A stretch of 64,000 nt of DNA from an uncultured Verrucomicrobiae bacterium (GCA_963836755.1 CAWIKF010000001.1:352001-416000); one strand, 5' to 3'. Counted from the stretch's first letter, positions 31,348 to 45,508 are shown. Numbers and translations: made by a program. Notes: a model not told the origin generated them from the sequence alone.

Positions 31348-32448
31348 ATGATTTTTCGCATTCCATTCGCACGCATCAACTGGAAAACCAGCGCCTTCCT
31401 CATCGGCACACTCCTCCTCACACTCACCGCTGTTCCCGCCTACATCTGGCACTTCGGGCTCGACGCGTTCCAAATCGGCTTCTTCTTTTTCATGGTCTTC
31501 GCGACTGGGCTCAGCATCACGCTCGGCTACCATCGGCTTTTCTCGCACATTGCTTTCAAAGCCCACTGGCCGGTGAAATTGTTCGTGCTGGTTTTCGGCG
31601 CGGCCGCTTTTGAAAATTCCGCGCGCATGTGGTGCTCCGAGCATCGCCGCCATCACAAGCACGTCGATCACGAGGAGGACCCTTACGATATCTCGAAAGG
31701 ATTTTTCCACGCGCACATTGGCTGGCTCCTTTTCAAGCTCAAACCCGAGCCGCCGTTTGATAACATCGCCGATCTCGACCGCGACCCGCTCGTCCGCTGG
31801 CAGGACCGCTACATCTACATTCTAGGCTTCGTCGTCAGCTTCATTTTCCCCGCGCTGCTCGGCTGGGCGTGGAATGGCGCGCAAGGCGCACTCGGCGCAT
31901 TCCTGCTCGCCGGCGTCGCCCGCGTCGTCTGCGTGCAGCACAGCACATTTTTCATCAACTCCGCCTGCCACACCGTCGGCAGCCGCCCGTATTCCAGCCG
32001 CTGCAGCGCGCGCGACAGCTGGCTAATGGCCCTCTTCACCTTCGGCGAGGGCTACCATAACTATCACCACGAATTCCAGCACGACTACCGCAACGGCGTC
32101 AAACCATGGCAGTATGACTGCACGAAATGGACCATCTGGATGTTGAACAAATGCGGCCTCGTCTCCGGCCTGCGCCGCGTTCCTTCCGAAAAAATTCTCC
32201 TCGCCGAGCTGGGTGAAACCCAGCGGCAGCTCCAGGAAAAGTTGGCCACCGTCGCCACCGGTCACGATTACCACGGCGTCATCGCGAACGCCTACGATCG
32301 CCTAGGCGAGATCGCCGCACGGTGGAAAGACCACGTGTCCGATGATTTCGAAGTGAGCCGCGACATGCTCATCGAACTGCGCCGCGAAATCCGCGAAGCC
32401 ATGCGCAGCCTCCAGTTGTTCAACAAACTGGACGGCGCTCTCGCCTAG
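31348..32448 (+). CDS. Delta-9 type acyl-CoA/acyl-lipid desaturase
   Basis: His boxes YHRLFSH, HRRHH, EGYHNYHH. Confidence 0.93.
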   Translation: MIFRIPFARINWKTSAFLIGTLLLTLTAVPAYIWHFGLDAFQIGFFFFMVFATGLSITLGYHRLFSHIAFKAHWPVKLFVLVFGAAAFENSARMWCSEHRRHHKHVDHEEDPYDISKGFFHAHIGWLLFKLKPEPPFDNIADLDRDPLVRWQDRYIYILGFVVSFIFPALLGWAWNGAQGALGAFLLAGVARVVCVQHSTFFINSACHTVGSRPYSSRCSARDSWLMALFTFGEGYHNYHHEFQHDYRNGVKPWQYDCTKWTIWMLNKCGLVSGLRRVPSEKILLAELGETQRQLQEKLATVATGHDYHGVIANAYDRLGEIAARWKDHVSDDFEVSRDMLIELRREIREAMRSLQLFNKLDGALA

Positions 32449-32501
32449 CCGCATTTCGTAGCTTGCCGGAGCCGCGACATCTGCGGCAACCTTGTGGGGT
32501 C

Positions 32502-34505
32502 ATGACTCCGAAATTCTCGACCGTCGTCATTGAAAATTTCACGCCGCTGCTCGATGGCGGGCGCTACCCGATCAAGCGGTCCACAGGCGAGGACCTGACG
32601 GTCGAGGCGGATATTTTCATGGCCGGGCACGACATCGTCTCCGCGCTTTTTAAATGGCGCAAAGCCGGCGCGGCGCGCTGGAATGAGACGGCGATGCTGC
32701 CGATCCCGAACGGCCAGGATCGCCACGTCGCCACCTGCACGTTTTTTGAAAATGCGTTGCACGAACTCACGATCGAGGCGTGGATCGATGCGTTCCGGTC
32801 GTGGCAGCATGAGTTTCGGAAAAAGTTTCAAGGCGGTCTCATCGACTTGAAGAGCGAGACGATTGAGGGCGCGCATCTCATCCAAAGTGCCGCGGAACGC
32901 GCGGCTGGAACTCCCGATGCAGCGCGGCTGATCGAGATCGCGAAAAAAATCGAAGAGAGTGCTCCGTCGCAGGTCGATCAAATTTCGCACTGGAGCGAGC
33001 TCGAGGGATTGATGGCAGCGTGGCCTGATCGCTCGCAATCCACCGAGTATGAGCCTTTCCCGCGGGTGGAGGTTGACCGTGAGCGGGCAGTTTTTGCGGC
33101 GTGGTATGAATTCTTCCCGCGCTCCGCGGAAGGCCGCGCAGACAAGGCGTCAACGTTCCGCGATTGCCTCCCGCGCATCGAGGACGCGAAGGCAATGGGC
33201 TTTGACGTTATTTATTTTCCCCCCATCCACCCGATCGGCGAGACCGCGCGCAAAGGCCGTAACAACTCCGTGAAGTGCGAGCCGGGCGAGCCGGGCGTCC
33301 CTTACGCCATCGGCAACTATCGCGTCGGCATCAACGGCGGCGGACACAAGGACATCGAGCCGGCGCTTGGGACCTTCAAGGACTTTGACTGGCTCATTAA
33401 GGAACTCGACAAGCGCGGCATGGAGCTCGCGCTCGACTTTGCGATCAACTGCTCGCCCGATCATCCGTATGTCCGCGATCATCCCGAGTGGTTTTTCAAG
33501 CGGCCCGACGGGACGATCAAATACGCGGAGAATCCGCCGAAGAAATACGAGGACGTCTATCCGCTGAACTTCTTTTGCGAGAACTGGCTTGAGCTTTGGG
33601 AGGAGCTGACGAGCGTGGTGATGTTTTGGGCGGAGAAAAAAGTGCGCACCTTCCGCGTCGATAATCCGCACACGAAGCCGGTGGCGTTCTGGGAATACTT
33701 GATCGGGAAAGTGCGCGAGAAATTTCCCGACACCATCTTCTTAAGTGAAGCTTTCACGCGCCCCAAAATGATGCGGCAGCTCGCGAAGGCAGGCTTTCAG
33801 CAAAGCTACACCTACTTCACATGGCGGAACTTTAAGCACGAGATCGAGGAGTATTTCACCGAGCTCACGCAAACGGAGATGGTCGAATATTTTCGCGGAA
33901 ACCTATTCCCGAATACTCCAGACATACTCCCGCATTTCCTTCAACAAGGTGGCCGCCCGGCTTTCCTCATCCGCGCGGTGCTCGCAGCCACGCTCTCCAG
34001 CGTTTACGGCATCTACAGCGGCTTCGAGCTATGCGAAAACGCGGCGCTGCCAAACAAGGAGGAGTATCTCGACTCGGAAAAATACCAGCTCAAGGTGCGC
34101 GATTGGAATGCCCCGGGAAACATCAAGGACTTCATCACGCGCATCAACCGCATCCGACGCGAAAACCGCGCGCTGCACGAATACGCAAACCTCCGCTTTT
34201 ACAACGCAGATAACGACAACGTCCTTTTCTACGGAAAGATGACTGAGTCGCGCGACAACCTCATTCTCGTCGTAGTAAACCTTGATCCGTATCAAGCGCA
34301 CGATAGCTTCATCCACATCCCCGTGGAGGAGTTTGGCTGGCTTGAGGGCGATACCTATCAAGTGCACGACCTGCTTTCCGATGAGCGTTACCTTTGGCGC
34401 GGCAGCCGGAACTTTGTAGCGCTAAACCCGCAGCAAAAGCCGGCGCACATTTTCCGCATCCGCCGCTGGGTCAGCCGCGAGCAGGACTTTGACTACTATC
34501 TGTAG
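32502..34505 (+). CDS. glgE: Alpha-1,4-glucan:maltose-1-phosphate maltosyltransferase (GH13_3)
   Basis: WYEFFPRS, YAENPPKKYEDVYP, FRVDNPHTKP, LSEAFTRP, NTPDIL. Confidence 0.96.
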   Translation: MTPKFSTVVIENFTPLLDGGRYPIKRSTGEDLTVEADIFMAGHDIVSALFKWRKAGAARWNETAMLPIPNGQDRHVATCTFFENALHELTIEAWIDAFRSWQHEFRKKFQGGLIDLKSETIEGAHLIQSAAERAAGTPDAARLIEIAKKIEESAPSQVDQISHWSELEGLMAAWPDRSQSTEYEPFPRVEVDRERAVFAAWYEFFPRSAEGRADKASTFRDCLPRIEDAKAMGFDVIYFPPIHPIGETARKGRNNSVKCEPGEPGVPYAIGNYRVGINGGGHKDIEPALGTFKDFDWLIKELDKRGMELALDFAINCSPDHPYVRDHPEWFFKRPDGTIKYAENPPKKYEDVYPLNFFCENWLELWEELTSVVMFWAEKKVRTFRVDNPHTKPVAFWEYLIGKVREKFPDTIFLSEAFTRPKMMRQLAKAGFQQSYTYFTWRNFKHEIEEYFTELTQTEMVEYFRGNLFPNTPDILPHFLQQGGRPAFLIRAVLAATLSSVYGIYSGFELCENAALPNKEEYLDSEKYQLKVRDWNAPGNIKDFITRINRIRRENRALHEYANLRFYNADNDNVLFYGKMTESRDNLILVVVNLDPYQAHDSFIHIPVEEFGWLEGDTYQVHDLLSDERYLWRGSRNFVALNPQQKPAHIFRIRRWVSREQDFDYYL

Positions 34506-36503
34506 TCACTTCGCCTTTAGTCTTAGAACTGTCACCGAGTTTGGCGGAAGCTCGTAGTGAAAGTTGGGGGCAGCTTTACGGAAAGTTATAGGTCTCGGAG
34601 AAATTTTCGTCGGCTCCGCGATCGAATTGCGACCATCTGGTGCGCCAGTGAGAACTTCGCCGGTGGCGATGGGCTTCACGCTTTTGACTCCTTTTAGATG
34701 GATTTGCAGCGGCTCTGCTTCCGCGGACGTGTTGACGAGTTTCATGATCACATCGCCGCTTGCAGTCTCCTTACTCGCCGTTGCAAATAAGGACTCATCG
34801 GCACCGCGGGTATCATGTGATGGAGTCAAAGCATCCGTTGGCTTTGGCGATGCTCTCGCTGAAAGCTCTACAGGCAAAACCACATCGCCGCGATTTCGTG
34901 CGAACATTGCCTGCGCATAGTAGGAAGGCGAGCCAAAGCTATGCAGGGCGTCGTAGCCGATAAGGTTGATTCTCCATTGGCGCGCGCCGGGATTTATATT
35001 CACCAGCAACGGCGCATAGCTCTGCATAATTACAAGGTCCGAGTTTCGCTCGAGCCCAGTCATCCACGCTGCATCGCCCAGCGCCGCAGTCATCGACGGC
35101 GTTGCAGGCTTTTCCTCGGGCTTCTCCCAAGGCCGCTTGGTATCCTGTGAAGCCCATTCGCCGACGAAAATCTTTGGTCCGTTCCGATCGGTCTTATCGT
35201 AATTGCCGCTCATCTTTTCCATATCAGCAGCTGAGCGGTAGAAGTGCTGGTCATCCACATCTGGAGTCCGACTTTTGACGCGCGCGGTCGCGATAATCTT
35301 GAGGTGCGGATACTTTGACTTGATAGCATCGTAAAATTGCGCGAACCGGCCATCATAGCTTCCTGACTTGTCGAAGTTATCCTCATTCCCAATCTCGACA
35401 TAGGTCAAAGCGAATGGCGCCGGATGCCCATTCTTACTCCGTTCCCCACCCCAATGCGTGCTTGCATCACCTGTCACATATTCGATCTCATCCAACGCAT
35501 CCTGCACGAAAGGTTGCAACTCCGGCCCCGGTTCGATGTGTTGTCCTTTCAACGCATAACCGGCAAAAACAGCGAGCACAGGTTGCATATGAAGGTCTTC
35601 GCACCATTCGAGAAATTCGAGCAAGCCCAGACCATCGGTCGAGCGATAGTGCCACGGATCTCGATGTCCAGGTCGCTGCTCGATCGGACCGATGGTCTTC
35701 TTCCAGTCGAACCGCTCCGCGATCGTGTCGCCCTCGACGTAGTTCCCGCCCGGAAACCTTAGAAACGATGGCTTTAAGTAGGCGAGCTTCTTCATGAGAT
35801 CGATGCGATTCCCATTGGCCCGATCTTTATAGGTCGGCGGAAAGAGTGAGACTTCGTTAAGCCAAAAAATTCCAGCAGCCTTTGTGGAGATCACGAAGCG
35901 GTTATCCTTTGAAGGCGAAAGCGCTTTTGTAGTAAGTGTGAGACTGTAACGCTTCCAGTCAGCTGAAACCTCAGGAACATCCGCTTTCGCACAAACAAAC
36001 TTCTCATCTGCACTTTCAAGGCTAACTGTGAGTGGACCTTTGAATCCGTCCTCGCCTTTCGCGTAAAAGGAGACGCGATACTTCGTGTTCGGCTCGATAG
36101 GGATGCCCCAGTAACCTTCATTCGCGACTCCGACGCGCTGGCCCTTCGCCACAGAATCAACCTGCACTCGCAAACTGCAAGTTAGCGCTGTTCCGATGAT
36201 TGGTTGCTGGTCGTCCAGCACGATCTTCCCGACCGAGTCTTTGCCGGTGACTAGCGACCAATCAACTGGGGATCTAGGATCATCCCTAAAGCTACGATTG
36301 CGGATCAGTTCCGCATAAAGTCCACCGTCATAAGAATGATTAATTTCTTCGGTCATCAAACCGTATAACAGCGGGCTGATGGTTACTCCCGGCTCATCAA
36401 CTTTGATGGTCAGTTCTCGTGCGCCCGCGCCCAAGGTGAGGTGGATGAAAATCGCTGCCGATAGCGCGCTCCAACGGAGGTTCGGAGTAGCTAAGTTTCT
36501 CAT
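34506..36503 (-). CDS. Secreted alpha-L-arabinofuranosidase (GH51)
   Basis: [49 protein letters not shown]. Confidence 0.93.
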   Translation of the reverse strand: MRNLATPNLRWSALSAAIFIHLTLGAGARELTIKVDEPGVTISPLLYGLMTEEINHSYDGGLYAELIRNRSFRDDPRSPVDWSLVTGKDSVGKIVLDDQQPIIGTALTCSLRVQVDSVAKGQRVGVANEGYWGIPIEPNTKYRVSFYAKGEDGFKGPLTVSLESADEKFVCAKADVPEVSADWKRYSLTLTTKALSPSKDNRFVISTKAAGIFWLNEVSLFPPTYKDRANGNRIDLMKKLAYLKPSFLRFPGGNYVEGDTIAERFDWKKTIGPIEQRPGHRDPWHYRSTDGLGLLEFLEWCEDLHMQPVLAVFAGYALKGQHIEPGPELQPFVQDALDEIEYVTGDASTHWGGERSKNGHPAPFALTYVEIGNEDNFDKSGSYDGRFAQFYDAIKSKYPHLKIIATARVKSRTPDVDDQHFYRSAADMEKMSGNYDKTDRNGPKIFVGEWASQDTKRPWEKPEEKPATPSMTAALGDAAWMTGLERNSDLVIMQSYAPLLVNINPGARQWRINLIGYDALHSFGSPSYYAQAMFARNRGDVVLPVELSARASPKPTDALTPSHDTRGADESLFATASKETASGDVIMKLVNTSAEAEPLQIHLKGVKSVKPIATGEVLTGAPDGRNSIAEPTKISPRPITFRKAAPNFHYELPPNSVTVLRLKAK

Positions 36504-37939
36504 GAGTTAGGAATTGGCTTTGAAAGGACCTCAGGCCTTTCGCGAAGGACCTTTAGAATCATCTCGCCGAAAAGGTTATTGGCCCATGCGAACCAATGGC
36601 GGCTGTATTTCGCGGGATCATCCATGTAAAAGGATTCGTGCATGAAGCCAGTCCCCGCCGACGAGATTTTTAACATCGAAATGCAGTGGGCGATTTCAGA
36701 ATCTTCATTGCTGGTCAATGCGCGCGCCGTGATTCCCAGCGGCCAGATCCAGTCCTTACCTTTGTGAGGACTGCACTCACCTTCGGCGACGGTTCCCTTC
36801 GAATAGTAGGGATTCGCCGGGCTTAGCGAAAAGTGGCGTGAGTCGAGCACAACGGGATCGCCTGTCAAAGAAGGACTGAAGTAAGGAATGGAAACCAAGC
36901 TTGGAAGTCCCGCGTCATCCATGAGCAAAGTATGACCCAAACCATCGCATTCGTAGGCATACATCTTGCCGAATTTAGGATCGTTGACGATACCGTAGTC
37001 TTCAATTCCTTTTTGAACCTCGGCGGCAAGCATGCGGCACTCGGCGGAAAGTGCCACGTCCTTCTTCATGGAGTCAGATATTTCGGCGAGTTGGTTTAGC
37101 GAGGTGATGGCAAAAAGGTTCTCCGGGATGTTGAAAAGATAGGTTGTATTGTCATCGGACTGGCGAAAGGAGGAACAGATCATCCCAGTCGGCTTCATAG
37201 GTGCTCCAAGGCCTTCCTTTCCATCTGCACGGCCGCGGATGAAAGTATAGAGCCCATGATTCTTCTCGCGCTGTTGATCCCGCATTGTCGCGACGGCTAA
37301 ATGCATCGCTTTCCAGAAGTCATCATCAAAGGCTTTAGAGTCGCCAACTACTTTCCAATACTCATAGGACAAGCGGATGGGATAGCAGAGCGAGTCTAGC
37401 TCCCACTTGCGCTCAAAAACTCCGGGGCGCATCTCAGTCCTATCCTTGCCATGCGCACTAGGCTTTGAAGTGTCCCGTTGAAACGCGTTCGCATAGGGGT
37501 CGATGAGGATGCAAGCCATCTGACGATGGATAAGTCCTGCAATCATTTGCGAAAGGTGCTCGTCGTTTTTGCAAAGCGGGATGTAGCTCTGCACTTCGGC
37601 AGCGGAATCGCGCAGCCACATGGCATTGATGTCGCCAGTCAGGATGAATGTGTCCGGCTTCCCATTCGTTACTGTAAAAGTAACGCAGGTATCGAGCGTA
37701 TTCGGATAGGAGGACTCGAAGATTCTTCGCAGCTCAGGGTCGGCGATCTTTTGAGTGACGCGTGCGATTTCCTGCTCGACTGCTTCGCTGGTAAACTTTC
37801 GCTTGTCTGGCGCCGGGCGTGCGGAGGCTGTCGGCGGCGGCGTCTGTGCAAGGGCTGAGGCGATCCACAAAACTGAAGCGGCGAAAAAGGTGGTGCGAAA
37901 AATTTGATACGAAAAGTGTGTTCCGAGTCGGCTTTTCAT
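36500..37939 (-). CDS. GH125 glycoside hydrolase (exo-alpha-1,6-mannosidase family), secreted
   Basis: [46 protein letters not shown]; start uncertain (37939 or 37957). Confidence 0.92.
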   Translation of the reverse strand: MKSRLGTHFSYQIFRTTFFAASVLWIASALAQTPPPTASARPAPDKRKFTSEAVEQEIARVTQKIADPELRRIFESSYPNTLDTCVTFTVTNGKPDTFILTGDINAMWLRDSAAEVQSYIPLCKNDEHLSQMIAGLIHRQMACILIDPYANAFQRDTSKPSAHGKDRTEMRPGVFERKWELDSLCYPIRLSYEYWKVVGDSKAFDDDFWKAMHLAVATMRDQQREKNHGLYTFIRGRADGKEGLGAPMKPTGMICSSFRQSDDNTTYLFNIPENLFAITSLNQLAEISDSMKKDVALSAECRMLAAEVQKGIEDYGIVNDPKFGKMYAYECDGLGHTLLMDDAGLPSLVSIPYFSPSLTGDPVVLDSRHFSLSPANPYYSKGTVAEGECSPHKGKDWIWPLGITARALTSNEDSEIAHCISMLKISSAGTGFMHESFYMDDPAKYSRHWFAWANNLFGEMILKVLRERPEVLSKPIPNS

Positions 37940-38038
37940 GGGGAGGTTTCGCATCATCTCAGAGCGCGGTGGCTTGTCAATCGGCCGAGGCGGACGCGCG
38001 GCTTGCGAAGCTTGACGGCGGTGGTTAGCTAGCGGCAC

Positions 38039-39820
38039 GTGGGATTGATTTCGCAAGAAACTCTCGAGCAGATCGCCGCGGCGAATGACATCGTCGATGT
38101 GATCGGGAGCTACTTTCCGCTCAAGCGGGCGGGGACGGTTTTCAAGGCGCTTTGCCCGTTTCACGACGAGCGGACACCATCGTTCACCGTGAATCCGCAA
38201 CGACAGATCTTTAAATGTTTCGGCTGCGGCGCGGGCGGCGGCGTTTTTAAATTCATCGAGTTGCGCGAGAACGTGAGTTTCCCGGATGCGGTGAAGCGGC
38301 TGGCCGAGCGCGCCGGCATCCAAATCGTGGAGGAGGAGATGAGCGCGGAGGACAATCGCCGTTTCAAAATGCGCAAGCGACTGCTGGCGCTGCATCAGCA
38401 GGCGGCGGAATGGTTTCACCGGAACCTGATGCAAAGCGACGCCGCGAAAGCCGCGCGCGCTTATTTAAAAGGGCGCGGCATCCGCGGCGAGATCGCGCAG
38501 AGCTGGAAAATCGGCTACGCCCCGGACGCGTGGGACGCGTTTGGAAATTGGGCGCGCGAGCAAACTTTTACCCGCGATGAAATCGTGCGCAGCGGACTGG
38601 TGAAATTGCGCGAGGAGGGGAAAACCGACGGCGAATTTTACGACCGATTCCGCGATCGCGTCATGTTTCCGATTTGCAACGACCTCAGCGAAGTCATCGC
38701 GTTCAGCGGCCGCCTGCTGCAGAGTGATGCACAAGCGGCGAAGTATGTAAACTCGCCCGAGACGATGCTTTTCACCAAAGGCAGCGTCCTTTTCGGCATG
38801 CACAAATCGAAACGCGCGATGGCGGATAAAGGCTCGGCGATCGTGCTCGAGGGGCAGCTTGATTTGATCACTGCGTTTGAGGCCGGTGTGCAAAACGTGG
38901 TCGCGCCGCAGGGGACGGCTTTCACAAAAAATCAGGCGCATGCGTTGAAGCGCTTTGTCGATGAGGTCGTGCTCTGTTTTGACTCCGACAACGCGGGAGC
39001 AAAAGCCACGGAGCGCTCGCTCGCCACGCTGCTCGAGGCGAATTTGCTCGTCCGCGTGGCGACGATGCCAGCGGGGCATGATCCGGACTCGCTCATCCGC
39101 GAGCAGGGCGCGGAAGCTTTTGCGGAACGGATTGTGTCGGCACGGGACTTTTTTGATTTTCAAATCGACCGGCAGGTGAGCGTGCCGGAATTCGCGACGC
39201 CGCGCGGCAAAATGCAATTCGCGCGAAAAATGGCGGAGTCGGTTAGCCTGCTCACGGACAAAGTTTTGCGCGAAACCGTAGCGCACAATGTCGCGATGCG
39301 GCTGGAGATTTCGCTGCGCGATTTCTGGGCGCTGCTCACCAACGGCGCGAAACCGGGGCCGACCTCGCCGACCAAAGTGCGCACGCTTGTTTCACAAAGC
39401 ACGCTCGGTCAGCTTTCGCTGCTTGCGTTGCGCGACGCCGCCGCCCGCGAGTGGATTTTGACGCAGCCGTGGCTTGAGACGCTCGCCGGGATCGAGCAGT
39501 CCAACCTTTTGCAAGAAATCCTGAGCGCAAAAATTCGCGCGGACGATCCGGCATCGATCGGCGCTTTCGCGGTGCGGCTCGAAGCGGAGGACGAAGCGAC
39601 GGTGAATGCGCTGCTCGAGGAGAAGCTGCCGGAGGAGACGATCGCGGCCGCCGAGGATTGCTGGCGGCGGCTGAAACGGTTGAAAATGGAGCGGCGTTTG
39701 CAGGCGCTTTTGGCCCGCCAGCGCGCGCCAAATTTGGCGGCGGCCGAGACCATTACACTTCAGAAACAAATTCTTGACCTGCAGAAAAGCCTCATGGATA
39801 TTGCGCGGCCTTTCTCCTAG
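38039..39820 (+). CDS. dnaG: DNA primase
   Basis: [17 protein letters not shown] zinc finger, [22 protein letters not shown]. Confidence 0.98.
   Translation: MGLISQETLEQIAAANDIVDVIGSYFPLKRAGTVFKALCPFHDERTPSFTVNPQRQIFKCFGCGAGGGVFKFIELRENVSFPDAVKRLAERAGIQIVEEEMSAEDNRRFKMRKRLLALHQQAAEWFHRNLMQSDAAKAARAYLKGRGIRGEIAQSWKIGYAPDAWDAFGNWAREQTFTRDEIVRSGLVKLREEGKTDGEFYDRFRDRVMFPICNDLSEVIAFSGRLLQSDAQAAKYVNSPETMLFTKGSVLFGMHKSKRAMADKGSAIVLEGQLDLITAFEAGVQNVVAPQGTAFTKNQAHALKRFVDEVVLCFDSDNAGAKATERSLATLLEANLLVRVATMPAGHDPDSLIREQGAEAFAERIVSARDFFDFQIDRQVSVPEFATPRGKMQFARKMAESVSLLTDKVLRETVAHNVAMRLEISLRDFWALLTNGAKPGPTSPTKVRTLVSQSTLGQLSLLALRDAAAREWILTQPWLETLAGIEQSNLLQEILSAKIRADDPASIGAFAVRLEAEDEATVNALLEEKLPEETIAAAEDCWRRLKRLKMERRLQALLARQRAPNLAAAETITLQKQILDLQKSLMDIARPFS
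39774..39802 (+). promoter_or_regulatory. Putative rpoD promoter inside the dnaG 3' end
   Basis: TTGACC-17 nt-GATATT. Confidence 0.5.
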
Positions 39821-39866
39821 CCCCGGCGTGTGTTGGGGGCATGGACCTCGCTAAAAACGGACCGGT

Positions 39867-41966
<2,100 letters not shown>

Positions 41967-42026
41967 GCGAGAAAGCGCGAAAGTTTTTGCGCAACTTTCC
42001 AGCTCGATTCGCGTTTCATCCAACGA

Positions 42027-42377
42027 ATGAATGCGGATGAACACGATCAACTTTGGGAGCTGCTTGGCCGCGCCAAACAACCGGCGGTGCCTCCCTTTTT
42101 CGCGCGAAACGTTTTGCGCGAAATTCGCTGCGCGCAGCGGGAGCGGTCGGGCTTTTTCGGATGGTTTATGCGCACGTGGCGCGTGGCGATTCCCGTCGGC
42201 GCGGCGTCTGTCGCGGTGATGCTCACGGCGGCGCTCTGGCAGCATTCCGCAGCGGAAAAACATAATCCGCTGGCGGCGCAAATCGTCAGCAACCCGGACT
42301 ACGACGTCATCAACCACCTTGACGAGTTGGCCGCGACGGAAGAGAACGCCGTATGGCTCGACAACTCGGTCGATTGA
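42027..42377 (+). CDS. Single-TM hypothetical protein (anti-sigma-like)
   Basis: LWELLG..PPFFARNVLREI, one TM segment, PDYDVINHLDEL. Confidence 0.7.
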   Translation: MNADEHDQLWELLGRAKQPAVPPFFARNVLREIRCAQRERSGFFGWFMRTWRVAIPVGAASVAVMLTAALWQHSAAEKHNPLAAQIVSNPDYDVINHLDELAATEENAVWLDNSVD

Positions 42378-42845
42378 TTTTCGCCTCGCTCCTGCTCGCC
42401 GCCTCGGCTCACGCCCAGGAAGATTCTCCTGCTCCGGAAGCGTCGCCGAGCGCGACGTCGCCGCACGACAAAAAGCAGGAGCGGATGGAGGATGCGCGTC
42501 GAATTTTTGACAAGCTTCCGCCCGGCCCGAAGCAACATTTTCGCGAAAATCTCGATCGCTGGAAAAATATGTCGCCGGAGGAAAAAGCGGCAATGCGCGA
42601 TCGCGAGCAATATCGCCGCGAAAAAATCGCCCAGGAGATCGACGCATCCGTTCGCGAAACGGGGCTGACGCTGACGCCCGACCAGCGCGAAGTTTACGCG
42701 CTACGTTACACGCAGGAGCGGCGCAAAATCGAGGAGCAGTTGCACAAGGAAATGGAAGCAACATCGCGGCCCGATGCTCAAGCAGATGCAGTCGCGATTG
42801 AAGGCGGAGTTCAGTGCGCCATCGCCATCGCCGAGCCCGAAATAA
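42353..42845 (+). CDS. Secreted helical protein (DUF3106-like), +1 frameshift near 42758
   Basis: Signal peptide, RWKNMSPEEK; removing one base gives ..HRGPMLKQMQSRLKAEFSAPSPSPSPK* ending at 42845 with no overlap of the next gene. Confidence 0.65.
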
Positions 42846-43528
42846 TCACGCAGCGTTGTCGCGATAGCGCGACATCAGCTGGAAAAAACGGATCGTGTCG
42901 CGCACCGGATGGATCTTACTTTTTTCCTCGCCGTAAACCGTGCTCACCGGCACTGCGGCGATGCGAAATTTTGCGCGAGCGGCGATCAGCAGCATCTCGG
43001 TTTCGTAGTCGTAATTGTTGCTCTCGCAAAAAAGTCGCGGCAGCACCTCGCGATGAATCATCCGGAATCCGCATTGCGTATCGGGAATCCATTGCCCGCA
43101 CGCGCGGCTGATCCGCCACGACATGTAGCGGTTCGTCAGCTTCCGCACAAACGGCATTTTTTTCATGTCGCGTCATGCGGTTGCCGACGATGAATGGCGC
43201 GTGCGTTTCGTTCGCCTCTTTTAAAAATTGCGGGATTTCCTCCGGCAAATGCTGGCCGTCGCCGTCGAGGATCAGCACGTATTCAAAACCGCGCTCGAGC
43301 AGCGCGCGGAAGCCGGTTTTGATCGCCGCGCCTTTGCCGCGATTGACCTCGTGCGTGATCACCTCCGCGCCGCTTTTGCGCGCCTCCGCGGAAGTTTGAT
43401 CGGGCGAGCCGTCGTCGATCACGAGCACCGTGTCGAGATATTGCAAAGTCCGCCGCGCCACTTCTGCGATGTGCCGTTCCTCGCAGATACGCGGGCACGA
43501 GCGCCGCGACATTCGTGCGATCGATCAT
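42846..43528 (-). CDS. Family 2 glycosyltransferase (DPM-synthase-like), two +1 frameshifts
   Basis: VPAY|CEE..VIDDGS..GKGAA..DGDGQH..GNRM|MPFVR..DTQCGFR split over three frames. Confidence 0.85.
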
Positions 43529-44412
43529 CGCCGCACCGGATGAAAATCCGCCGCGTGATACGAGCTGCGCACGAGCGGGCCGGACGACACATGCTCGAAG
43601 CCCCGCGCATACGCCGCCTCCGCGTAATCGCGAAATTTTTCCGGGTGAATGTAGGCGACCACCGGCAAATGCTCCGGCGTCGGCCGCAAATATTGGCCCA
43701 TCGTCAGCACCTGCACGCCCGCCTCGCGCAGATCGTCCATCGTTTGCAAAAGCTCCTCCTCCGTCTCGCCGAGCCCGAGCATCACGCCGCTTTTCGTCAC
43801 CATCCCCGGCGCGATTTCCTTCGCTCTTTTTAAAACAGCGAGCGACACGCGATACTTCGCGCGCGAGCGCACCAGCGGCGTCAACCGCTCGCACGTCTCG
43901 ACGTTGTGATTGAAAATATGCGGCGCCGCGTCGGTCACCTGTTTAACGGCTTGTTCGCGATTGTGAAAATCGGGCACGAGCACCTCGATGATGATCGTCG
44001 CATCCACTTCGCGAATCGCGCGGATCGTCTGCGCGAAATGTTCCGCGCCGCCGTCCGCCAGATCGTCGCGCGCGACCGCCGTCACGACCACGTGCTTTAA
44101 TTTCATCCGCCGCACCGCTTCCGCGACACGCTGCGGCTCATCGACCTCCAGCGCGAACGGCTTCGCCGTCGTCACCGCGCAAAAACCGCACGCGCGCGTG
44201 CAGCGCTCGCCGGCGATCATAAAAGTCGCCGTCCCCTGGCTCCAGCATTCCCAGCGGTTCGGGCATTGCGCCTCCTCGCAGACCGTGTGCAGGCGCAGGT
44301 CGGAGATGAGCGCCTTCGTGGAAAAAAAGACCGGGTTCGTCGGCAGCCGCACCTTGATCCAGTCAGGCTTGCGCGCCTGATGCAGCGACGGATCGATTTT
44401 TACGCACGACAT
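43525..44412 (-). CDS. lipA: Lipoyl synthase
   Basis: VCEEAQCPNRWECW, CTRACGFC, PLVRSSYHA. Confidence 0.98.
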   Translation of the reverse strand: MSCVKIDPSLHQARKPDWIKVRLPTNPVFFSTKALISDLRLHTVCEEAQCPNRWECWSQGTATFMIAGERCTRACGFCAVTTAKPFALEVDEPQRVAEAVRRMKLKHVVVTAVARDDLADGGAEHFAQTIRAIREVDATIIIEVLVPDFHNREQAVKQVTDAAPHIFNHNVETCERLTPLVRSRAKYRVSLAVLKRAKEIAPGMVTKSGVMLGLGETEEELLQTMDDLREAGVQVLTMGQYLRPTPEHLPVVAYIHPEKFRDYAEAAYARGFEHVSSGPLVRSSYHAADFHPVRR

Positions 44413-44557
44413 GAAGGCGGGAAACTTAGAGAGTCCGCGCTGCAAATCAATGCGGAAACTCGGCGCTGTCTGCTCTCAGCCTGCGCAGAGAAAACTCGCG
44501 ACGCTACACCATCGGGACGCTGCAGAATCTTTCTGCAAACAGGTCAAAATTCCGCGC

Positions 44558-45508
44558 TCACGCCAGTGCGTCGCGGCAAAATTTGACCTGGCGCGCAAGC
44601 TCCGCCATCCGATCCGAGCCGGGGGGAATCTTGTATTCAAATTCGATCGTGCCCTGGATCGGCCACTTGTTGTCGCGAATGAGCCGCAGCACTTCCGCAA
44701 CCGGCGTATCGCCTTCGCCCAGCGGCACGGACGGCCCGTTGTTGTATCGGCGATCCTTCACATGCACGTGCGTCACGCGGTCATGATATTTCGTGATGAA
44801 CGGCACCGGCGACATATTGTTACCGGCCACGAAATGGCCGAGATCGACATTCGCGCCGTTGTATTCCGCCAGCGCAAACGCCGCTTCCCAATGCTCCGGC
44901 TTCGTGGTCGCATGCCCGTGATATCCGACCATCATCTTATGTTTGTCGGCGAATCCTCCCAGCCGCTTCAGATCCGGTTCGGCGTGCGAAATTTCCGTCG
45001 ACATCGCGCGCGCGCCGAGTGCTTTCACGAGCGCAAACGCATAATCGATTTCTTCGTCCGACATTTCGAAAATCCCGTCCACTTTCACGATTTCGATGAG
45101 CACACCCGCGGACTCATACTTTTCGCGAAAATCTTTCGCTTTATCGACTGGCGCCGATTTGCGCCACTCGCGCAGATTTGCCGCACCCGAACCCGTCTGC
45201 TCTTTCGCCACGCCTTTTTTTCCGTAAACCAAATCCGCCGGCGCTCCGAGAAAAACTTCCACCGGCTGCGCGCGCAACTCGATGCCGCTCAAGCCAAGCT
45301 GCACGACCTTTTTCAAAATCTCGTCGCCGCTCATCGTCGGCGCGGCGAAACTGTAAGGCACGTTGAGCCCGATCTGCACGCCCGCGACGATCGAGTTCGG
45401 TTTGCTGGTCGAGCTTTCCGCGCCGCGCAGCGATCTCGGGAAAAAAGCGGCGGCGGGCAGGGAAGCGAGCGCGAGTTTTGTGAATTGTCGACGAGTTTGG
45501 AGGGACAT
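44558..45508 (-). CDS. Tat-exported sugar phosphate isomerase/epimerase (xylose-isomerase-like TIM barrel)
   Basis: TRRQF twin-arginine signal; YHGH, DLGH, HVKD, IEFE metal ligands. Confidence 0.85.
   Translation of the reverse strand: MSLQTRRQFTKLALASLPAAAFFPRSLRGAESSTSKPNSIVAGVQIGLNVPYSFAAPTMSGDEILKKVVQLGLSGIELRAQPVEVFLGAPADLVYGKKGVAKEQTGSGAANLREWRKSAPVDKAKDFREKYESAGVLIEIVKVDGIFEMSDEEIDYAFALVKALGARAMSTEISHAEPDLKRLGGFADKHKMMVGYHGHATTKPEHWEAAFALAEYNGANVDLGHFVAGNNMSPVPFITKYHDRVTHVHVKDRRYNNGPSVPLGEGDTPVAEVLRLIRDNKWPIQGTIEFEYKIPPGSDRMAELARQVKFCRDALA

Noticed and set aside
37960..38434. N-terminal 160 aa of the 644-aa GH125 ORF
   Set aside because: Antisense to dnaG; the signal-peptide-like start is near 37939-37957
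42846..43111. C-terminal tail of ORF 42353-43111
   Set aside because: Artefact of the frameshift; it overlaps the GT2 gene antisense
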